Shown here in pieces: positions 55,401-64,000 of a stretch of DNA of 64,000 bases. The notes beneath the pieces are model-generated. The model saw only the letters and a program-made list of their open reading frames with translations, was not told where the DNA came from and ran no database searches. Within the stretch, counting starts at the first letter, position 1. Every line of letters begins with the position of its first letter. Location of the stretch: NCBI RefSeq assembly GCF_009914755.1, contig NC_060935.1; one strand, given 5' to 3'. The position numbers were made by a program, and so were the translations under genes. This stretch comes from the human T2T-CHM13v2.0 reference genome, Homo sapiens.

Positions 55401-58400
55401 CTCATCATGTCCAAAACCGAACAGAACAACACCTTTCCTCACCAATAACCCTAACTTGTTTTTCTCCAAAGTTCTTTTTTCAAATAATAGCAACACAGTC
55501 TACAGTCCTCTCAACTATATAAACTAGAAACTTAGATTCATTTTATACTTTTTTTTACACTTCACATCTTATAAGCCACTAAATTTTGTTACCTCTATTC
55601 CCTATCCAACTTTCTCTTTAACATTGCAACAATTTCCAAGGCACCTCTTTCTTTTTTTCCTTCCTTGTATTTCCAGTAAATTCTTAGTATCTCCTACAGT
55701 ATTCTATTTACAAGATTAAAATACTTACAGTAATAATAGCTACCCTTTTCTGAGAGTTTACTTTGTGCCTGGAGATGTGCTAAGCTCTTTCACAGATATT
55801 TGATCTTCACAATTTGAGGCGGTAACTACAATTATTATCTTCATTTTATGGATTAAAAAACTGGTGCCCACGTTCACAAAGCTATCAAATGTCAGAGTTG
55901 GGATTTGAAGTCTTACTCACTCTGTTATACTGTTTGTGGTACATCATGTCACCTCCACAAAGTACAAAGTACTGGCATGGCACTCAGGCCAAGCCTAAGC
56001 TATGTTTCCAGCCTGTTACCCTACACATTCCTCTACAACCCTCAGCTCCAGGCACATGAGACTGCCCATCAGTCCCTGAACATGTGATTCACCTTCGTGC
56101 CTTTATGGCTTAGGTTGTACGGTTCCCGCAATCTAGAAAGCCAACAAGTTTTCATTGCCTAAAAACCTTCAGATACTTCAGTGCCAAGCTTACCTATTAT
56201 CTCTTTCACCAACACCCCAAATTAGAATTACCCGTTCCTTCCTCAGGGTTGCCTACTTAGAACTTAGGCCATTCCACCTTGCTTTATAGCTAGTCGTTTG
56301 CATGTTTATTTCTCCTACTGTCTTGCTGGCTTCTTAATTCAAGGGCTATGTCATTTAATTTTGTCATTTAGTTTCTTTCCGTCTTTTATAACAGTGCCTC
56401 AATCAATGTTTGTTGATTTGAATTGCTAATAACAGCAATAGTAATTACGATAATAATGTCAGCAAGCCTGTGCTAGGCATTCATACTCAACAATTTCAGT
56501 AAGATTTGAAAAATAAAGTTTTTTTTTTATTTAGAAACGTTGTATCAGTTTTTCTTTGTCCACAACTGAAAAGAAATTTCTTGATCTATTTACCTATTTT
56601 GATATCATACAAGAAGTTTCATTTGAAATGCCTATTCATTTCTATTCGATTTGATGTTTCTGTGAGATGTAGACATTTATTGTGTGGTAACATCCAAATC
56701 TGTTCATCATCCTTTAGAAATAAAACACTCATAAAGGGAAGGAGAGGGGAATCCACTTCTTTGCCTGCACCCCAGAACATATTTCCTTTACCCCTGGATC
56801 TTGAAGCAGGTCTTGTCCTTGTGAGGTTATGTCACAGCTAGTTTGGACCTAAGCTGGTACTCTGTTACATTTCATGAGAGGAGGTCAGGCTGAATTGAAG
56901 ATAGTATGTTCACCTCACCACCCTTATGGTTCTGGCAGCTTAAACCTAGCCTTCATTTATTTTGGCGTCCCTGAGAACTGACATAGGATCAAATTCCACA
57001 CTTTTGAGCAAATGGAAGGAACCCAAAGAAGAAAATAGAGAAGAAGCTAAATGAGCCTTGTGGGAAATCAAGCCAGAGTGGACATTCTGGCAAAGTGGCA
57101 GAATAACTTTCTGCTTAAATGAGAAACTATTTAGAAGTCAGTCATGTGCAAATAATTAAACAAAATGGTTATAAATGTGGGTGCCTTAATAAGGAACAGA
57201 CTGAAGAACATGATTAGGAAATAATTAAAAGGAAAACAGTATTTTCCACAAAGCAGAGAAACGTGGTGAAAAATAAGATAATCACTCTGCCCCCTTGGGC
57301 TTTATTTTTTCCCAGCTGGAAAAATATCCCTATTTCTACCCATGATTTGAAATATCTAGAACATTGAATTTATTGACGGGAAATGTATTTACCATCTAAT
57401 CAGACAAATCCTAAAAGGAAAAGAGTGCTGTACACATCAGAGGTACCCTAGAGACTCAGCTGTTCATAACTCTGCATGAATAGGGCGGAAAGTGCCATAT
57501 TCCCATTAAAGAGCAACACAGTTGGTTAAAGAATGAACAAAAGGCAGCATTTCTTCATTAGTGTCATTGCAGGAAGCTGATGCTGTGAAAACTGGAGGCC
57601 ATCAAATGGGTTATTGCAGCAATAAAACAGAATGAAAAAATGAAATGCTCCATTCTCTTGTCAATCCCATATCCTTATCTCTTTCTTTTTAATATACTAG
57701 GCACTACCCTGGTAAGCTAATGCATATTTGCGGTTTCGTTTTGTGTTTGGTAATTGTGCTATGGGCAATTATTCATTTGACAGAATTTGCTTTAAATGAA
57801 GGAAACTGGCAGGTTGGAAGAAGAAAAACCCAATGTTGCCTAATCACCAATTAAGGAAACTGCCAGAGGTAAAACTGGACCTGGGACTGGTATCAGTAAA
57901 AATGATATAATGATGCTGCACTTCAAAAGACATTTTGAAGAGACACTTAATGAAGGAGGTAAGAGAGGAGGATTACAGGGTGGCTAATATATATGACTGC
58001 CAAATTTAGACCATGAAGATAGACACAATGGGGTACAGCCATTTTTGCAAAGTTTTGGACATCTAAACAACAAACGTATCCAATTGTGCTGCAGTTGACA
58101 GAAAGGCTGATTATCTTCCTGTAAATGGAGAAAGTCGGCCTCATAATCAATTTGTTGAAAACTCCTTATTGTGAAGGGATGTCACCCTGGTAGGCACCAG
58201 GGATACCAAAATAAGTAAGCCATAGTCCTGGCCCACTCTCATGAATCTCCTAATCTAGCAAAGAAACAGGCAGGCACGAAGGCTAATTGTATGCAGCTAC
58301 AAAGGACGAAGCAGGCTGTTCCTCTATATTTCCCAGTGAGTCTCTAATCAGCTGCCCATCAGTATCAGGGTGACCTTTCTTTCTCCCTCACTCTTCTTTC

Positions 58401-59009
58401 CTGTGGGATCCTTGATTTTGTTCAATTTCTCCAATTCCCCAACCCCAAGATTCAGCTCCATCTGGAGGAGCGGCATCAAATGGAATCTATCTTGGAATTG
58501 CTGAAGAGGCTTTAGTTCTCTATATTCACAAATTAATAAACACTTTCCCTCCTGCTAATATTGATTGCTTCTCATGGATTTACTTCAGTGAATTATTATA
58601 TTAACCAAATCCTTGTCTCTTTACTCTGTCTTACCAAAGAGTCCCCTCCCAAGAAAGTGTGAAGGAGAAAAAGAGGAGAGAAGAAAGCTCTAGCTTGCCC
58701 TGGATAACATGCACCAAAATCGTGGTGTAAACAAAGTCATGTGAAATTACTGAGTACTTGGAGGGGGCATCACAAAAGATTCCATGGAAGAAGAGAGGCT
58801 GAGTGAGTGGGATGCTTCTGCACAACCCTGTGCTGTATACTGCCAAATTAAAACATGTAAGCTTTGACTTCTGTCCTAAAGAAGCTTTGAATCCAGCCAA
58901 GGAGAAAAAATAAACACACTTAAAATTTAAAAATAAAGACAACCTAGAGTTGAATGTGTAATACAAATACATTGAAATTTTTGGAACTGAAATTTATGTC
59001 CCTGTTTCT

Positions 59010-59400
59010 GTGCTAAATCAGACTAGGACTAGGCAAAAGTAACTTAGCTAATGGTTTCTGAAAAAAATTGTTTCTGGAAGTTAATGCTGTGAGCCAACTA
59101 AACTAGCTTACTTATCAAAAGACTGACAGCTTGCTTGGCAATACTCACTTTAAGAGCACCCTTTGTGCGGTCATCAGTCCAAAGCTCTCCTGTCATTAAC
59201 TCTGCTCAATACAAACTAGTTCTCTGCCTTGAAAGACCTGCCTTAAGTCACCCAGCCCTGGCCCTAAAATACTAAGAATATCCTTCTCTCATTTTTCCTC
59301 TCTGAGAAGATACTGAGACTGTCAAGGCCTTTACTGCAGTGAATCTAATCAGCTTTGCTTGATCAAAAGACTTTTCTCACGATCTTTTTGGGAATTGGCA
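59010..59400 (+). mobile_element. Old ERV1 LTR relic (MER110/MER90-like)
   Basis: GACTGTCAAGG...TTACTGCAGTGAATCTAAT.AGCTTTGCTTGATCAA resembles the recalled consensus 3' part. Confidence 0.45.
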
Positions 59401-62400
59401 GAACAAATCAATAATTTTCCATAAAGACAGATGCCTGGGCTACCTGGTAATTTTTGTAGCCATACAATTTGTGCATAAATACTTCCTTTATTTCTCAATG
59501 TATCTGAAGATGGAGCCCAGGAAGAAAGCAATAGCCATGACTGAAAGGTTATGCATCAACAACACTAATAAGGTATTGGTATAAAGAAAAGCATTAATCT
59601 AGGAGGTGCCTGGAGACCCTTGGGGGTGGTACTTTTGTTTTCTGGTGGTACTGATGATGGGATGGACTAGGGCTGAGATTGGACACAGCTTTGGGTACGG
59701 TTTTATAACCTCATTTAATTTCCTGGGCTCTATTAGCCAAGATTCCTCCTGGAAAAAGAGTAAGTCATGTCAGTGCCCGGGATACACACTGAATTGTGAC
59801 AAACTAGGGATGGATGGATGCTCCAGGAGAGCCAATTTGCAGAGAGGGCAGGGCACAGAAAATTCATCCGAAGGTGAGAGAACATGTGGAATGAGCGTCA
59901 GGGCCTAGGTTCAATGCATGGGCAGGTGTAGGCAGCCCTTGGTCCTGGGACTTACCAGGCCTGGTCATCCTAGCAGCACCCACACTCTGGGAAGTGTGTG
60001 GAACTCAGTGAGCCATCTCACTGGACTGGCAACCCCTCAGGGCCCAAGCAACCCTGCTGTGGGAGTCCCCTAAGGGCGTGAAACAGTAGAGGAAGTGTTT
60101 CTCTGTTCAACCCTTGACAGGTCAGGGAGCTTGGGGCACAGAGGACTATGAGCAATGAGGGTTGAGTATCTTTTCCTTGGAAGGAGCAGAGGCCCACAGA
60201 GGGAGTGCATGTTAGAGTAGCAGAGGCCCGAGAAGGCGGCCCTGAAACATGAACATGTGTCAGACAGCCCCTTCTCCCATACTCTCAGAAGGGCTTCGGG
60301 GCTGGGGTTTTAGAAGGAACTGGAATTACTTTTATGAGTCATCAAAGCCCAGAATTAATAAGATTTTGATTTGAATCTCAAGGAACCCCAAGCTTGAGTC
60401 CACAGGCCGCTGATGCTTGGAAATGTCTGAGTCACATCACGTAAAATCACTGGTTTCAGGATGATTTCCTGTAGGAGTCCTGGTAGGAGGGAGCTGGCTG
60501 GGATAGTCATTGTCATGCATGCCAATGCAGGAGAGGACAGAGCATAATTGCTTCAATCTGGGTCTCTTTTGCCTACTGAATTCCTACTCTCCGTAGACTG
60601 ATTATAGTGGAGAAACAGTCAAGAGCCTAAGGAATTCTAAAATAATAGAAGCCGGTGGGAACTGGAATAGTCATAGAAAAACATTTGTGGCAGAGGTAGA
60701 TGACCTGAGAAGGCTAGTAAAAAGAGTGAGAGAAGGGCTTTTACCAATATCTCTGCTTGATTCTGTATATCTGTACGCAGTCACTCTCCAAAGCCTAGGA
60801 CCCCAGCAGGCAGTGCAGCCACCAGCTTGGAGTCTTTGTCCTTGGGAGGAGGGAAGGAAGGCAGAAGGAGTGACAATGCTGTCACTCTCCAGCACCCACA
60901 ACTTTTGACTTCCTGGGTGGGTGTTAATAACACCCCAGCCTTTCCAGGGCAGCTCTAATTTCAAATGATCTGTCCCAACGTCTTGGAAGAATGGTAGCCA
61001 TAAGAAAAGAACCGAGGAGCCATAACCAATGCCATTGCTCCAGTGCTGTCTCTTTGCTAGCTGCACTGTGGGTCCTTGATTGAGTCACTTCTCCTCTCTA
61101 ACCCTGTTTCCTAGTCTGTAGAAAGAAAGACTAATACTGACCTTATGTAAGCGTGACATGCACTGCTGGCTTTCCTTTTTCCCTCCTTCCATAGTAACAG
61201 AAATGCAGCCAGGCACAGGGCTGACCAGCTGGGCCACCTTTCCCCATCTTCTGTGAAGAAGATGAGACTAAGTTCTCTCCAGAAGAATATGATGGAAATG
61301 GTGCCTTCCTTTTCCAGCCTGGCCTCTTAATACCAGACCAAGAGATATCATAAGCTTTCCTTTTTCCACTGGCTATGACCCAGGTGAGGCACCTACACAA
61401 AATTGGACAAAGAAAGAAGATGGTGAAGACTCTGTTCCCTGAATAATTGAAGGGAAGAGAGCTGCTTGCTAAGCTAGTTTATGAAATAAATAATTTTGCT
61501 TGAGCAATTGCATATTTCAAGTCCCTAAAGTTCAATCTTATCCTAATTGGGTATATCTCACAGAACTGTTGGAAGCCAAGGAGAAAAAAGGAGGAGGCAA
61601 CCTCTTACAAACTGTAAAGTATTTTACAAATATATTATAGCTGCTATATAATTGAATGAACCACTAATGGAAGCAACAATTGTGAAAAACTAAAATTACC
61701 CCACTGTCTGGCTGAATTATCCAGCCTAATCTTACTACTCTGAGCAAATTAGGCAAGGATGGTAGGCACATTAGACACATTAGGTGTTTGATATCAAGCC
61801 TCTGTTCCTATTAAAACCCCTCCTTTCTGGGGAGTCTCACAAGGTAAGGACCATGGAGCCTAAGGGGCCACATCCCCCGCCCCTGCCTTGGCATGCAACC
61901 AGCCTAATATGAGGCTAGCAGGAGTTCATGTCCATTACGCTGCAGAGTGGCAGAGGCAACCTGGACCATGCCTGGGGCTTCCCCTGTGCTCCAGAACAGG
62001 AACCTTGACTGATGCCCCAGGCAGTTGTCAGCTCTCCACATCTAAGCTTACTCACAGACACAACCTAAGCAATTAAACAATATCTGTCTTGAAAATCTCC
62101 CAATTCCCTTCATTACAGCCTTTCACGAATCCTCTCAACATCCCTCAGAAAGTGGAAAGCAGGTGTAGCTTTCCTAACTTGACAGCAAGCAGATGTTTGG
62201 GAAAAGAATTAGGCAGCTCATGAGGGCACACAGGAACAGAGCTGAGCCGAGCGTGGTACAGCTGCCCTGGGCACCTGCATCTGACCAAGGCTGCTAAGCC
62301 CAATCTCTACCTAAAAATAGTGTCTTCCCTGCCTGCCAGGAGGCCAAAAATACTAGGCATTACACTGCTGGAGATAACAGAATCATTCCTTTACCTTTCC

Positions 62401-62437
62401 TAGGAATTATCTTTCTTAAGATGCAAAAAGCTTTGGA

Positions 62438-62504
62438 GAAGGGGTCTCACACAACCCTTAGGTAAGAATGAGGGGTTGAATGAGACCCTTCATTCTTACC
62501 TAAG
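62438..62504. repeat. Overlapping inverted repeats (two alternative ~20-bp-stem hairpins)
   Basis: CTTAGGTAAGAATGAGGGGT (62457-62476) pairs with ACCCTTCATTCTTACCTAAG (62485-62504); GAAGGGGTCTCACACAACCCT pairs with AGGGGTTGAATGAGACCCTTC. Confidence 0.9.
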
Positions 62505-63602
62505 TTAATGAGTCACAATGGAGGCGTGGAGCCCCTGGGAGGAGGGGCACGCAAAACACCCATTTATAAATGACAGAGCTGGGATAAGAACCCATTTCTC
62601 TCCCACAGTAAAGCCTAGACATGCCCTTTCCATGTTACCACACTTGGTCCCTAGAGCTGAAGAGGACACAAGTCAAGAGCATTAATTGGGTCCTCTTTCT
62701 GAAACTCCCTCCATTTATTGCAGTGGAACCTCCTGAGGAACAGATTTGTGCTTGAGGTGCTTTTCTGTTAAGTCAACTTTTGCTGTCTCCTCATCAGGAT
62801 GTTCTGTCACTGAGCAGTGCAAATTATGAAATCTTCCTTAACAGCTCCGGCAACATGAGGCAGCTGAGGGACCAAAGGAGGCTGGACCCCTGGATGCAGT
62901 AAAACAGAAGCACGTTCTCATCTGAGCGTTCTGCTATTGCTATGCTCTCCAAAAAGAGGTATACACAACTTTATCTTTGATTCATGCTCCGGCCACCAAC
63001 TCACATGCTTAGACAAAACAAGACACAGTCTCCGAGCGCTTTAGACCAGTTTTGAAAACAGAAATCTTTTCCTTTTCCCTCAACTTCCTATTTGACACAC
63101 TTATGTCAGCTTCTGATCTTTCTTTAAATTCTCTCCACTGCCGAGGGCCTTGATTCTCTTAAAGATCAGTCTCTCCTCCCAGCTTACGAAGACTTGATCT
63201 TTCTTTGAGATAAGTGTCATTTACTTCTTTAGAGGGGAAAGGAAGATCTAAAAACTTGTTTCTAACTTATACCTTCCCTTTGTTCTATGTCAAGACTGAA
63301 ATATCTTTACCAAAAGACCACACTAATTACACAGGCTGCTGCTTGCACTGTAGGCAGATGTCTTGAAGGAGTTTTTCTGCAGAGGTAGAACTTGAAATGA
63401 GCTCTTGAAACGAGCAGGCAGACCTGGATCTGGAGCTGAGCTTGGCTACTCACTAGCTGTGACAATATGGGTTAGTAACTTAGTGACTCAGTTTCCTGCT
63501 CTGAAAAATGGAGATAAAGACCCCTTTCTCACAGGCTTCTTGTAATAATTAAAGTATATCATACATGTTAAATACCTGGAGCTCCATAACTAGTTTCCCT
63601 CA

Positions 63603-63977
<375 letters not shown>

Positions 63978-64000
63978 TTAGCTGCTTGAGATATGGTCCA

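Overview
Primate genomic DNA, most likely human or ape given the AluJ/S/Y-type and young L1PA-type sequences. It is non-coding and dense in transposable elements. I can support no host protein-coding exon, structural RNA gene, CpG island or CRISPR array. The short ORFs in the track are Alu/L1/ERV-derived or chance. Main contents: about 22 Alu/FLAM copies; an apparently full-length, dead, ancient L1M element (~15.66-22.30 kb); several L1 3' fragments; MaLR/ERVL/ERV1/ERVK solo LTRs; Tigger and hAT DNA-transposon relics; and a ~3-kb L1-retrotransposed (poly-A tailed, TSD-flanked) HERV-W/HERV9-like ERV copy with an in-frame pol-to-env junction. The most unusual signals are structural: several locally templated inverted or direct duplications (2.76-3.82 kb, 7.9-9.65 kb, 36.9 kb, 37.6-39.6 kb, 62.4-62.5 kb), an L1 inserted into another L1 at the homologous position, and two L1s sharing one target site. 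I found no convincing novel gene system. Repeat subfamily names come from recalled consensus sequences and need RepeatMasker/Dfam confirmation.
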